Positions 49,314 through 64,000 of a DNA stretch of 64,000 bases are shown here, piece after piece (the first letter of the stretch is position 1; each line of letters starts with the position of its first letter). The stretch comes from the human T2T-CHM13v2.0 reference genome, Homo sapiens. Under the pieces are notes generated by a model. The model was given only the letters and a program-made list of their open reading frames with translations. It had not been told where the DNA came from and did not search any database. The translations under genes and the position numbers were made by a program. The stretch lies in the NCBI RefSeq assembly GCF_009914755.1, contig NC_060931.1. One strand, 5' to 3'.

Positions 49314-49853
49314 TATCGCAACAGTGTTTTAACTGGTTTCTCTGTCTTGCAGCTTTTCAATCCATCCCCTGTAATGCTGCCAGACAACTTTTTCTGAAAC
49401 ACAAATCTTCACTGTGGCACTCCCCTACCTAAAGCTCTTCAGTGCCTCCCCATGCCCTTTAGGGAAATAGGGAAAATGACATTTAGGATGCCATTCAATG
49501 CTATCTGTGATCTTAACCCTGCCTAATAATCTCCTTTCCCTGCAACCCTTCTCTTGACCTTCAGCCATCCCAAACTACTTGTGGTTCTCAATGTGCCATG
49601 TCTCCGTGCTTCTCCTTTGGACCTCTGCTTGTTCTGTTTCTGCTTAAATGTTTTTCCTACTTCAGCCATCATTTAAGATCCAGTTAAATGGCGCCTCCTC
49701 TGTGAAGCCTCTCCTGATGGGACCAAGTAGTCCTCAGAATGCACCCATTGAGCTCCATTCCATTCTTCCATCATAGCTCTGATTACACTTCTCAGCACTT
49801 TTTTTGTTGAGATATTTGTCTTTTTCTGTTAGCCCATTCTTGAAGGCAGGAAC

Positions 49854-50206
49854 TGATATGGTTTGACTGTGTCCCCACCCAAATCTCACCTTGAATGGCA
49901 GTTCCCATAATTCCCACGTATTGTGGGAAGGACCTGGTGGGAGATAACTGAATCATGGGGTGGTTTCCCCCATGCTGTTCTTGTGATAGTGAATAAGGCT
50001 CATGAGATCCGATGGTTTTATAAGGAGTTTCCTCTTTCGCTTGGCCCTCTTTTCTCTCGTCTGCCACCATGTAAGACGTGCCTTCTACCATTATTGTGAG
50101 GCCTCCCCAGCCATGTGGAACTGTGAGTCCATTAAACCTCTTTTCCTTTATAAATTACCCAGTCTCGGGTATGTCTTTATCAGCAGCGTGAAAACGGACA
50201 AATACA
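49854..50206 (+). mobile_element. THE1 solo LTR (MaLR)
   Basis: tgatatggtttg...aaataca; TSD ggaac/gggac. Confidence 0.9.
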
Positions 50207-51279
50207 GGGACCATTGTTTACTCATCTTTGTATTCTCAGAGTACCCAGCCCTCTGTATTCTCAGAATACCCATGTGCCTGACACACATGGGTATTCAACA
50301 AACATTATAGAGAATAATGAGGGTCTATCTCAGATTCTCTCCTTTGTCCTGGCGCACACTTGGTGCCATGTCTGCTTTTGCACTGATCACACTGATTTTC
50401 AGTCGTTTTCCCCACTAAACCACGAGCTCCTTGTGGGTGGGGAAAGACCAATAAAAGCAGCAGTAACAACTATTTATTAACTGCCTACTTCACTTCATGT
50501 TCCCTTCTAAGTTCTTTCTTTCTTCTTTTTCCTTCCTTCTTTCCTTCCATCCTCCCTCCCTCTCTTCTCTTCTTCTCTTTTTCTCTCTCTCTCTTTCTTT
50601 CTCGATGGGTTCTCGCTCTGTCGCCCAGGCTGGAATCCTTCTAGGTACTTTAAATATGTTACTTTTAATCTTGATAATGGCCTTGAAAGCAATACTATTA
50701 GTATCAATTTTGAATAAGGATAGGAGGGATTTAATTAGAGAGAACGAAGAGACAGAGAGAGAGGAACAGGGAGTCTAGAAGAGTGGTTTAAAATCAGTAC
50801 AGTAATGAATAATGACCCACTGGGACAAAAAGTAGAATTCCTGAGTCCATACTGATAAATAAATATATAAATGGGAGGAAAGGGAGGGCTTTTGTTTACA
50901 ATAGAATGCTGAAGGCAAATGTGGAAGGAGTGGTACACTTACAAAAATCACTATTTTACAATCAATAAAACATTTTATCAGGCAGGAACCATCAATAAGT
51001 GCTAAGTCAATGGGGAAACTTTGGTAAGAAGCGAGATACTGCATTGTCTTAAGGTACCTTTTCATAGATAGCTTATCAGGTGCAAAGGAGAGAAACAGAA
51101 GAACTGGGTCAAAGTAGTTGGCTGAACAAAATCATCACCACTAACGAGGGAGATGTGGACACCAGGTACCAAGTGTGAGACTCTGAAAAGGACACGTCGC
51201 CAACACAGTATTCCATCTGAGGACGTACAACCTCAATCTAGCCACAAGGAAAAATCAGGCAAATATAAAACAAAAACCA

Positions 51280-51652
<373 letters not shown>

Positions 51653-51934
51653 TAAAAGACAAAGGAAGACTGTGGAAATGTTCCAAATTGAAGGTGACTA
51701 CAGAGACTTGAGAAGAAAATATAGTATCTGCCTAGATTAGGGGTTGGGTAACTGTGGCTGGTAGGCCCAATCTGGCCACATTTAGCTCACAAACCTGTTT
51801 TAAGGACAGTCTTTGCATTTTTAAAAGGTTGTAAAATGAGTAAACAAGCAAAGAAGAATATCTGACAGAGGCTGTATGTGCCTTGCAAACCTCAAATATT
51901 TACTTTATATAAAAATTAAAATATTTACTTTATA

Positions 51935-52249
51935 TCTTCTTTTTTTTTTTTTTTTTTTTTTTTGAGATGGAGTCTCACCCTTTCGCCCAGGCTGGAGTGC
52001 AGTCGTCCAGGCTTGACTCACTGCAACCTCCACCTCCCGGGTTCAAGAGATTCTCCTGCCTCAGCTTCCTGAGTACCTGAGATTACAGGCCCCCGCCACC
52101 ACACCCAGCTAATTTTAGTATTTTTATTAGAGATGGAGTTTCACTATGTTGGCCAGGTTGGTCTCGAACTCCTGACCTCAAGTGATCTGCCCACCTCAGC
52201 CTTCCTCCCAAAGTGCTGGGATTACAGGCATGAGCCACTGCGCCGGGCC
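51935..52249 (-). mobile_element. Alu (S-type), inside a MER58-like fragment (~51738-52283)
   Basis: Full dimer. Confidence 0.9.
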
Positions 52250-52886
52250 CATATTTTCTTTATAAACAAAGCTGGCTGACTCCTATAGAGTAGATCCTGA
52301 ACTGGAGGGGGAAATGCTATAAAGGACATTACAAGCTGATCTGACAAAATTTGAATATGGATGGTAGATTAAAGTCATGTATCAGTTTACAATTTTGAAG
52401 TTGATAACTGTATCGTGGTTGTAAGAGAAAATATTCCTAGTTTTAAGAAATTCACACTGAAACATTTAGGGCAAAGGACCATGACCAATGCAACATTTCC
52501 TCAAATGGTTCAGAAAAGACGATGTGTGCACATGTATGCTGGGGGGGTGGGGGGCAGGGGTGGGGAAGGGAGGGAGAGAGAACGAGAGAGAACGGGAGCA
52601 AAAGAGAGAGAGCAAGAGAACAAGCAAATGGCAGAAAAATGGTAACAGGTGATTTTGCAAATCTGTGTCCTTTGTTCTATTTTTATCATTGCACTTTTTT
52701 GTAAATTTGAAATAATTTCCAAATTTAAAACAAAAGAAAAAGAAAGAAGGAAGGAAAGAAGGGAATACAGGCTCTGGAGTCAGATGCCAGGGCTTAAATC
52801 CCATTTCTACTCCTTACTGGCTGTTTCATCTTGAACAAGTTACTGAACCCCTTGATGTGTCAATTTCTCATCCATAAGACAGAGGT

Positions 52887-53186
52887 CAGACTGGGCATGG
52901 TGGCCCATGCCTGTAATCCCAGCACTTTGGGAGACTGAGACAGGCGTATCACTTGGGGTCAGGAGGTCGAAACCAGCCTGGCTAACATGGTGAAACCCTG
53001 TCTCTACTAAAAACACAAAAATTAAATGGGTGTGGTGGCTCACGCCTGTAGTCCCAGCTACTCAGGAGGCTAAGGCAGGAGAATCGCTTGAAGGGAGGAG
53101 GCAGAGGTTGCAGTGAGCCGAGGTTGCGTCACCACACTCCAGCCTGTGCAACAGAGCAAGACTCCATCTTAAAAAAAAAAAAAAAA
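52887..53186 (+). mobile_element. Alu (S-type) nested in MIR (~52765-53290)
   Basis: TSD acagaggtc. Confidence 0.9.
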
Positions 53187-54049
53187 GAAACACAGAGGTC
53201 TTGATAGTACCTACCTTGTAGGGATGCTGTGAGGATTTAAAAATACACTTGGCAGTGTCTGTCACATACTAAGCATTCACCAAATTAGGTGGTTTTATAA
53301 AAATAAAAATAACTGAAGCAGCAATAACTGAATCATGCTATGAGCCAGGTGCTGTGTTAACAATGTATTAACAAAGCTATGTTAACAAAGTGTTTCATAA
53401 CAATGGCCTCGGCTAGCAATATACCCATTTTCCAGATGAAAAGCTAGACAGGGGCCAAGATTAAAGCCCTCTAATCAATCTGACTCCACTCATAATCTCT
53501 TCTCATTCATTACACTACAGAAAGATGAAAGGACTTGCACAAAGTCACCTAGTCAACAAGTGGCAGTGTAAGATTTGTGCCAAGTCTACTTTTCAATTAA
53601 CCCTGTGGCTTTCCATTCTTCATGTCTGAGCACTGTGTCCCTTGCTGCACAGCCTGGTGTCCAGAACTCAGCAGGCATTCAATAAACACTTGAAGAACTG
53701 AATTGGCTTGAATGAGATGGTTTGCTATCTATTTCCTCTATCCTCATGGGAAAAGAGAAGAAATCTTACAGACTGAAGTAAAGGATTAGACTAAAATTAA
53801 ATTGTCCTGTTTTAAATGTTCCTTTGAATACTGCCAATGGTTTTGAAAGATGCCTTGTAGTATAAAAAAGATCAATGGACTAGAGGGAGAGAAGGCTGTG
53901 ATTCCAGTTTGACACAGCCATTTAAGCCAGTTTCTTCACCGTTCAGACCTCAGATTCCATACGGAAAAAGTGAGAGGGTTAAATCACATATCTAAAACAC
54001 CTCAGAAGAGATCTTCTGATCCTAGGCTTGACTTGATTTCTAGAAATAA

Positions 54050-54615
54050 TCTTCTAAATACAATGTACAGAATGCAATCACAGGTAACAACAAGGCACTG
54101 GAGAAGACAAGGCAACATGAATGAGAACCTGCAGAAATGACAGACAACAAACACACGCCCACAGGAACTTTAGTCATTGGAATTATCAGATACAAACCAT
54201 AAAACAACTCACTTCCAGTACTCAAGAAGATAAAACCCAAGCTTGAAAACTTCGGCAGGGAAATAGAAATTATACAAAATAGCATTTTTGAAATAAACCA
54301 AGCAGAAATTATACAATTAAAAAAACATAAAATACAAAATTAAGAAATTAATGGTTGAATTTAATAGCACAGGAGACACAGCTGAAGCAAGACTTAGTGA
54401 ACTGGAAGATGAATCAATAGAAACTACCCAAAATGAAATATGGAGAGATGGAGAGACAAAAGCACAAAAAATACAAATGAGAAGGCAAGAGATATAAAAA
54501 AATAAATATAATGACGTCTAACATATGTTTAATTGGAGTCCTAGAGGAGAACATATAATGAGAAAGAATAAGTATTTAAAGAAATAAAGACTAAGAAATT
54601 TTCCAGAACTTCTCT
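54050..54615 (+). mobile_element. Ancient L1 ORF1 fragment
   Basis: ttagtgaactggaaga, taattggagtcctaga motifs. Confidence 0.65.
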
Positions 54616-55209
54616 AGAAAATTAGCAAATTATTTTAGTGGCCCACCTCTATCAAGAACTGGATTTTTCCTTTGCTAGGAGTTATTTACTTAAGAAAGAT
54701 ACTAGATTCATATACTTGTTCTATCTAATAAAAGGACTAAAGGGGGAAAAATGGAAATAGTGTTATAAACTAAAATCCCAAACAAAATTCTCCAGATGCC
54801 AAGATTCAAGCAATCTAAAATTTGATAGATACCTCAATATTGCTTCTGACAGCTAGAAACCCATATGGGGACTATTTACTATTTTAGCTTTTCCCTGTCA
54901 TTCCAGGAAAGGACTAGAGGTTATTACAAGGGCATTTTGCTTTTGTTTTGTTAGCATGCACCTTCTAAAATTGCAAACCAGAAAGTACTTCAAGGTGTCC
55001 AGAGGAGGGCTAAACAAGAAGCAATTTCACATGGAAAAGAGTTTATGAGCCCAGCAGACAGAATTTAGTGCTTTCTTATTTTTGTTTTGGGAAAGGTAGC
55101 AAGCACGCAGATCATCCCTATAACAACGTAAGAGGAAAATAAAGAGAGAAGAGAAGGAAAGAACAGCAGGGTCAGGGAACAGAAGATTCCATGTTTGAGT
55201 TATTCTTAC

Positions 55210-55377
55210 CTTTCTGTGTGCTATCAGGAGGCAATTAGAGTGTTCGTGTTCACATGCAATTTCATATTCGGGGATCAGATCCACCAGCTCGCGGACAAAC
55301 TGTACCACTTCCTCATGCCAGGGCACATGGGCCATGGTAAGACTGCTTGCTGAACTTTCTCTGCAGTAGGTAACGCC
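55210..55377 (-). CDS. TYW1B: Penultimate coding exon of tRNA wybutosine-synthesizing protein 1 (TYW1 family, probably TYW1B)
   Basis: 168 nt, phase 0/0, encoding GVTYCRESSASSLTMAHVPWHEEVVQFVRELVDLIPEYEIACEHEHSNCLLIAHRK. Acceptor ...tttccacag|GGC at 55378; donor AAG|GTAAGA at 55209. Peptide recognised as the TYW1 C-terminal region. TYW1B versus TYW1 rests on recalled residue differences. Confidence 0.92.
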
Positions 55378-55899
55378 CTGTGGAAACAGTATAACCATCA
55401 GAGATGACTACAGACCTACCTGCATGTCATAGAAGACTTTCAGAGCCGGAAAGCCTTCTTGAGGTCAACCAATGCAATCCAGTCCGTATTTTACAGTGAA
55501 GGAAGTGAATATAGAGATGATAAAATCTGCCTAGGAGACCATACAAGTAGCTACTGACAAAGACAGCAGGCTGATGCTCTTGCTACTCTATGACATTGCT
55601 GGGGCTTAAGTACCTGCGCTTTCTACCGTTGTCACAATCTAGGCTGTCTGGTCACAATAATGTATTTGAATCAATAGCATGTCTTTTGATTCAGATTCAT
55701 CTGTGCACTATAATTGAGGAATTATGAAGGGGTTATCACCCCTTAGGACAATAATGGGGGCATAGTGGACACTCATAAAAATTCACTGACCAAGTAATTG
55801 ATTCACTGGGAAAATAAGCTGAGCTTCCATTTTCTAGTATAATTGAGATTGAAACTGGCAAACTTTTTCCTTAAAGTGACAGATAAGGATCCCTTTAAA

Positions 55900-56204
55900 A
55901 TTATTACTATTATCATTATTTTTGAGACAGAGTCTTGCTCTGTCACCTAAGCTGGAGTGCAGTGGCACAATCGCGGCTCACCACAACCTCCACTTCCTGG
56001 TTCAAGAGAGTCTCGTGCCTCAGCCTTCCGAGTAGCTGGGATTACAGGCGCCTGCCACCACGCCTGGCTAATTTTTGTATTTTTAGTAGAGATGGGGTTT
56101 CGCCATGTTGACCAGGCTGGTCTTGAATTCCTGGCCTCAAGCAATCTACCTGCCCCGGCCTCCCAAAGTGCTGGGATCACAGGTGTGAGCCACTACACCT
56201 GGCC
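55900..56204 (-). mobile_element. Alu (S/J-type)
   Basis: TSD taaaattatt. Confidence 0.95.
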
Positions 56205-56613
56205 TAAAATTATTCTTTAAGGAGTTCATTTTGTAATGCACTTTGAATGTGGTTACATAAACAATCATGCCAAAAGGGAAATATATTTGTGCATGTACCT
56301 ACATACCTTTACACACAACTACATATACACATGTATTTCACCAACACAGAAATTCTTAAGTACAACTGCAGAAAGTTAAATTATCTAACTCTTTTGGACT
56401 CTACCTAATAGCCAAGGCACACAAGACCCCAGAATTTCATAACTAAGTTCTTTATTTGGTAAATTACATAATGGTAAAATGATTAATTTTCTAATACTAA
56501 AAGATTTATCTTATTTCTTGAAATAAATCTTACCTCTGTGGGCTCTTCAAATACCCACAAATCAAACTTTTCTCAACAACTTGTTGAGAAAATCCCAGAA
56601 ATGATTCCGCTAA

Positions 56614-57053
<440 letters not shown>

Positions 57054-57310
57054 AACACTTAATTTTTAAAAACCAACAAATGAGCAGAGTGACCCTGACC
57101 CTGATGACAGAGCTGGGACTTGGACGAAGACTCACATGAGCTTTGCCAAACACTCGACTCAAGACAGCTGTTCAAAAAGATGACTGGTGCACTAAACTGT
57201 GATGGCCTTTGTGGAATATAAACCACAGCCACCCAGCTTAATTACAATAAACAAGAGAATCTTCTCAGTTTGCCCAGTGATTTAGAGAATTCATTAAACG
57301 GAGTTGGAGC

Positions 57311-57842
57311 TGAAACTGTGCCCCACAGAGTTAAAGAAACCAACGACTAACAGAAATCCTTGTGTTTGCAGGATGGCAGTGTAAGAAAATAAACAACTTG
57401 CTAAAACTGCTGAAACTCCCTCTGCTTGTGAGATTTAAAAAAAATGGATGAAATTGGTTGGAACCAACATGGCCAATGGAGTCTGAGTAGAAAGAGCTTG
57501 CTGACGTCACAGCCCGAATTTCCACCACATTTCATACTAACTCCCCCTAAATTTGCATATGCAAACCACGAGCAAGGATGATCAAACAGACAACTGCGCA
57601 TGTCCGAGGACTTTCCAGATCTCCCCTTTCCTTCCACCAATCACTTACTAATCTGAGAATCCATCCCCTAATAAAATCACTGCCTTAAAACCTGCACAGG
57701 AAGACAAATTTGAGCTGGACTTAGTGTCTCTTTATTAGTCGACTTGCAATAAAAAAGCTTTCTTTTCCCCCCTCAAAAACCCTATGTCAATTAGTATTGG
57801 CTTCCAGAGCATCAGGCAGTGAGCCCCTTTTGCTCAGTAACA
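57311..57842 (+). mobile_element. ERV1 solo LTR (possibly MER72-like)
   Basis: tgaaac...gtaaca ends, perfect 4-bp TSD gagc, AATAAA near 57748. Confidence 0.8.
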
Positions 57843-57897
57843 GAGCTTAAGGTGAATAAAAAAGGAAAATAATGATATGGTTCAAGAAATCATTACG

Positions 57898-58202
<305 letters not shown>

Positions 58203-58651
58203 AAGAAATCATTACGAAAGCATGGCTGAAAAACTGCTAGCCTTACCAAGTGCATAAAAAACATGAAAATTATTTATTGATAAGCATTAGTCATAAAAGT
58301 GTACTCTATCTCAATTTAAATACTGCTTATGTGTGGATTACACAAACAACCATGTATGCAGTAGCTACTTCAAAGGACTTTCTTTTTAATATTTAAAAAG
58401 TTAGTTCACTGAATCAGAGTTGTTAGATAAGATCTTGTCTTCGTGAGAACAGCTTTTGAAAATATTTTAATATTTTATTACTCAGCAAAAATAGCCATGA
58501 AACACTGAGGGGAGATTTAGTTTGGGAATGGAATGAGAGAATGCCTGCTGCGGTTCATTATCATGACTCCACCCATTCCTTACAACTCTATGATGCTTTA
58601 TGGTATTTTCACATAAAAGTTCTCATTTTTGCCAGATAAAACCCTTTGAGG

Positions 58652-59009
<358 letters not shown>

Positions 59010-59572
59010 TCAACCGCAAAGCCAGAGGCTGCACCGTGACAGAAATGCTCTGGGCAGAAAATGTTCTTGGTGACTTAGACTGGGGGTCACCTCAGGGACC
59101 CCGAGCTCTCACTCAGAGCCCAATGGCTCTGTCTGGTTTTCTCTCTGCTGCGACTGCCCCACTTCATCCTACCCTCTAGTCTACTGATGGCTTGCCCTGA
59201 CTTTATTCCTGAGCACAGAATTATCTAAAAAACTTTCCCTTCATATCACAGCTGTCTGCCACCTTCTCACCCACTCTCACCCTCACCCTCACCCTCACCC
59301 CCAACTCCATTTATCAGAAGCAGCAAGTTCTTCACCCAAAACTCTGAATAAAGAACAGTCTGAAGAAAATAGATGGGTACAGCGTGGTGATGGAAAAGCC
59401 AAGTCACTCACATCAGAATCTGCAGGCTGAGGAGTAACAAGCAGACCCCAAGAATGTTCGTGAAGAACAGGATCATTTATGCATCCTTGAGTTTGCAGTG
59501 AAAAGCATAACCCACACTTTTATAGCCTGGTAGCTTTTGGACCCACCCCCACTGCCCTAGGAGATGGGGGCT

Positions 59573-59835
59573 GCCATACTGTGGCTATCTGAGCGTTCAA
59601 ACCTCATGCTGAAATGTGATCCCCAGTGTTGGGGGTGGAGCCCAATGGGAGGTGTTTGGGTCACAAGGACAATGTCCATCTGTCTGTCTCTCTGTCCGTC
59701 TGTCTGTCTCTCTTTCTCTGTCTTCTGCCATGACTGAAAGCAGCCTGTGGCCCTCACCACAAGCAGCTGTTGGCACCATGCTTCTTGTAGAGCCTGCAGA
59801 GCCATGAGCCAAACAAACCTCCTTTCTTCATAAAT
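59573..59835 (+). mobile_element. MST-like MaLR LTR fragment
   Basis: tgaaatgtgatccccagtgttgg...gggaggtgtttgggtca. Confidence 0.7.
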
Positions 59836-61139
59836 GATTTTTTTTTCCCCACAATAAACCCCAAATACTTCATTCCTTTATCCTAAAAATGCTTCAATAA
59901 CTCCCCTTTAAACCAGCCTGAGCTTCTCACCACGGCACGAGGCCTTCCTCACCTGCCTCCGTAGCTTGCGCTAACAATGGACCATCAGCCATTCAAGCCC
60001 CTGTCTTTGGCCATATGCACAAGTAACTCTAGAGCTGGACTGCCCACTCAGCATCCTGTCTGCACCTGGCTAAACCGACCCATCATTTCTTTAACCTCCA
60101 TTCAGGAACCTCTACGCTATCTGACCCTGATCTTATCATATCCTGTGTAGTTATCTGTTACCAGGTAACTGGTATAAAGAAGCGTCAAAACTCTGAGCCC
60201 TTTGAGGGCAGGGGCTGTGCCTTGCTCTTCTTGGCACCCCAAATCAATCTATGCTAAATGATCAAAAAATCAAGTCAGACATTCTCCTACGACATTAAAC
60301 TCCACAACTCTTTTCTAATCCAATACAAAATTTCATTCACATGACTCAGGAGTTTTCTACTCTGTAACAGGTATGAACCAGCTGATAAACGCTGGTTAGG
60401 GACTGCTACGTATAAGAAAAACTGACAGTATTCCTCACCTTTGTGGGAGAGAGTGAGGCTATGCTAAGACAATCATTTTGCAGGGTGCATTCTGCAAGGA
60501 TTGAGCACTACACACAGCTAGGGTGCCAACAGTAAGTAGTTTTAAATCATTTGACAACAAATAATTACTGAGCACGTCCTATTCTCAAGGTGTAATGCTA
60601 GGCAGAGAACACACAGACAGTATTTCATTTACAAATGGATTGTGTTACAAAAGTTTTCAGCAAGACAGATGGTTGTAACATGAAACCTTTTCACAAGCAA
60701 GCAAGCAAATAATGACAAGGAAGATTCTCAGGCTAGCAAATAAAGGCCTCTTTAAGCCTAATGAAGCTAAGATACATGCTAATTTACAAGGAATATAGCA
60801 GAAAAATATTTTACAAGACTGGTAAGGAAAGAAAAGAGGAAACCGATATGATAAAGCAGTAGCCTCTATTGATTTCGTTTAAATAAATGTGCTTAATGGA
60901 AAGTGATCTAAAAACTTACTGAATCTGGGCATACATTACCCCATTGAATTCTCAAAACAAACTTATTAAAGAGATATTCTTATGCTAATTTTAATATTGA
61001 CAGAATTTAGGCTCAAGGAGGATGAATAACCTGTCCTAGGCTACATTGGCACATTTTACGTAGGTATCAAAACTGGGCACTGCCTCTCACCCCACATGAG
61101 ACTCTAGTAAGTGCAGACTATGGGAGACCCCAGATCTGA

Positions 61140-61401
61140 CACGCACACACGGACACACACAAACACAAACACACACACATACAGACACATACCACACACA
61201 CATGCACATACACATAACACATACACATGCACACAACACACACATGCACACACACAACACACATACATGCACACATACAACACACACAAGTGCACACACC
61301 ACACACATGCACGCACACAAAACACACATGCATAACACACACAACACACATGCACACACACTACACAAACACACCACACAAACACACCACGCACTCACAC
61401 A
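61140..61401. repeat. Degenerate CA-rich (UG-rich in transcript) tract, ~260 nt
   Basis: Read directly from sequence. Confidence 0.95.
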
Positions 61402-62319
61402 TGTCAGGGAGAAAAGATGCCGAGGGCATGCCTGGCCATGACGCCACTCCCGCATTTACAGTCGCCCTTCCTGACCCAAGGGTTGTTCATGCTACCACTT
61501 CTATGACCAAAGTTAAGATGATTTTTCCTTTGACTCACAAAAGAGAAACTGCACACAGGGTAGATAGAAAAAGGAAGGAAGAGTTTCCTAAATCCAATTA
61601 GGTTAGTGCTACAAGCAAAATGAGAAAAAGAAGTTGAATTGGGTGATACATACATGTTAGAAACCTTCCTCAAACTGGATTTAGAAATTTGTCAACAATT
61701 CAGTACAGTACTCTGAATGCACACACATACACATACGTGTGTGTTTCCATTTTAAAATCAAAGAACTTAATAACAAAAAGATAAGCAACTCAATTGAAAT
61801 ACAAAGGGTATGAACAGCATTGTGTCTGCATCTGCAGGGAGCTCCAGGCATATCTGTGAATCTAGGGCCAATTTGTATTATTGATTTCACATCTTGGGGG
61901 CATTTATATGACCTTGAGGTACCATAATACTAAATTTGAATTCCAAGGCCATTTGAGGGTAAGGCCCTGGAGAGACTTTTCCTTTTTACCAAGCGCACGG
62001 GTACAGAACAAGCCTTCCAAGTGTTACTGTGTCCGTGGGTAAGTTTTTCCCTAATCCATCCTTTCATTGAAGGTGAAAGGGCCTAGTCTTCTGTCCTTTA
62101 AACCCTAGTCCTGTCTACTAGGACCATGGAGTACTTCCAGAATGGTCTCTTTTCTTCCAGCTCCAAGAGTGTCTCCCTTACAGCCCTGACAGATATGCAC
62201 CTTCCCAAACGTATGGTTTTCATAACAGATTCACTTCTAAGTGTTAATCCTTAGAGAGGTTTGAGGTTATAGCCTGCCATATTGCTAGTTCTTATCAAAT
62301 GTTTTATGGAGAGGTCTTA

Positions 62320-62638
62320 TTATTATTATTGCTGTTGTTATTTATTAATTTTTTTTTGAGATAGAGTCTTGCTCTTTTGACCAGGCTGGAGTACAGTGGC
62401 ACGATCTCAGCTCACTGCAGCCTCTGCCTCCTGGATTCAAGTGATTCTCATGCCTCAGCCTCCTGAGTAGCTGGGATTATAGGCACCTGCCACCACACCC
62501 AGCTAATTTTTGTATTTTTAGTAGAGACAGGGTTTCACCATGTGGCCAGGCTGGTCTCGAACTCCTGACCTCAAGTGATCTGCCTGACTCGGCCTCCCAA
62601 AGTGCTGGGATTACAGGCATGAGCCACCAGGCCCAGCC
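62320..62638 (-). mobile_element. Alu (S-type)
   Basis: Full dimer. Confidence 0.95.
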
Positions 62639-63312
62639 AATGATTTTAAAAACTCCTCTATTTGAGAAATTTTTAACTTTAATTAATAAGACAACAATGA
62701 CAAAAAGATGTATTTTCAGACATTCTGTAGTTTAATCCTATTGAACAGGAAAAGCATGCCTTCTCCATTTACTGATTTCATTTGTCTTTTGAATTACAAA
62801 CCAATGCATGCTCGTTGTAATAATCCACACACTACATAATTACAAAAAGTAAAATTAATAAACATTTCCCTCCCCTTCTCCCAAATAGGTCACTGTAAAC
62901 AATCTGACAGATATCCTTCCATACTTTTCTTACATAAATACATCTGAACATACAACATTGAAAATGTAATCAAGGATGTAAAATGCAAACTAAAATTTAA
63001 AAAATGGAACTGCATAATAAATATTATTCTAGAATTTGTTTTGCTTCTTAGTAGCAGTATGCTCTATTCTGTAAATATCCCTTTTGCGACTACAGCATCC
63101 AAGGAAGAATCTCATTAACTTGCTGGACAAATGACAGGTAAGTTCACAAAGCATGAGACTGACCTCCAGTGACCAGGCATTTGACATTCATTGCAGGACA
63201 TTTCTCCCTGGGGTCTTTTATCAAAGATATGACATGACTGAATGTGCCTCCCTCTGAAGTAACATGAACTGTTATTTATTACATTATATTTTATCATCAA
63301 AATATTTATTTT

Positions 63313-63614
<302 letters not shown>

Positions 63615-63870
63615 TTAATTGTGGTTATACATTTCTCCAAGAGTTTTCAATTATAAAATCTCTCAGAGTAGGTCATTTTACTTTTATAGATTTTTGCCTA
63701 TTTTCAATAAAACATTCATTTCCCAAATAGCACATTCACATAAAATTTTTCATCTCCAGAGCTTTAACAAGGCCTATCACATGGAGAGAGCTCAAAAATA
63801 TTGTTGAATGCAAGGACAAAATAGTAAAATGGAAATTTGGAAAGAAAACTCTGTTGTTAATAGCATCTTA

Positions 63871-64000
<130 letters not shown>

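Larger units (their letters stand above)
48940..50310. mobile_element. L2 remnant with nested Alu monomer and THE1
   Basis: aaagctcttcagtgcctcccc, cctcctctgtgaagcct, gtgcctgacaca motifs. Confidence 0.65.

Noticed and set aside
55027-55398. 123-aa ORF as a standalone gene
   Set aside because: Only the 56 codons between the splice sites are TYW1-like. The rest is intron read-through.
61087-61601. Cys/Val- and His/Thr-rich ORFs
   Set aside because: They are translations of the CA-rich tract.

Overview
Human (primate) genomic DNA, very repeat-dense, with about 50 Alus, several old L1s, solo LTRs, MIR/L2 and DNA transposons. It carries the 3' end of a minus-strand gene for the radical-SAM wybutosine-synthesis enzyme TYW1, most likely the paralogue TYW1B. 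The gene has a 168-nt coding exon (55210-55377), a 40.9-kb last intron, a terminal exon encoding the last 73 aa (14049-14270) and a ~1-kb 3'UTR ending at AATAAA 13081-13086. Nearly all other ORFs in the track are Alu, L1 or microsatellite artefacts. I see no convincing new multi-gene system. The best leads are: (1) a candidate 91-nt stop-containing cryptic exon beside a UG-rich tract (TDP-43-type layout); (2) a tailless 5S rRNA retrocopy whose 3' end overlaps its own target-site duplication; (3) repeated hairpin-plus-duplication scars that look like template switching; (4) an antisense solo LTR with clustered OCT/CRE/CCAAT/NRF1-like motifs; (5) a young AluYb8; (6) decay of poly(A) signals in gene-sense LTRs. 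Repeat subfamily names come from recalled consensus sequences, and most repeat boundaries are approximate.
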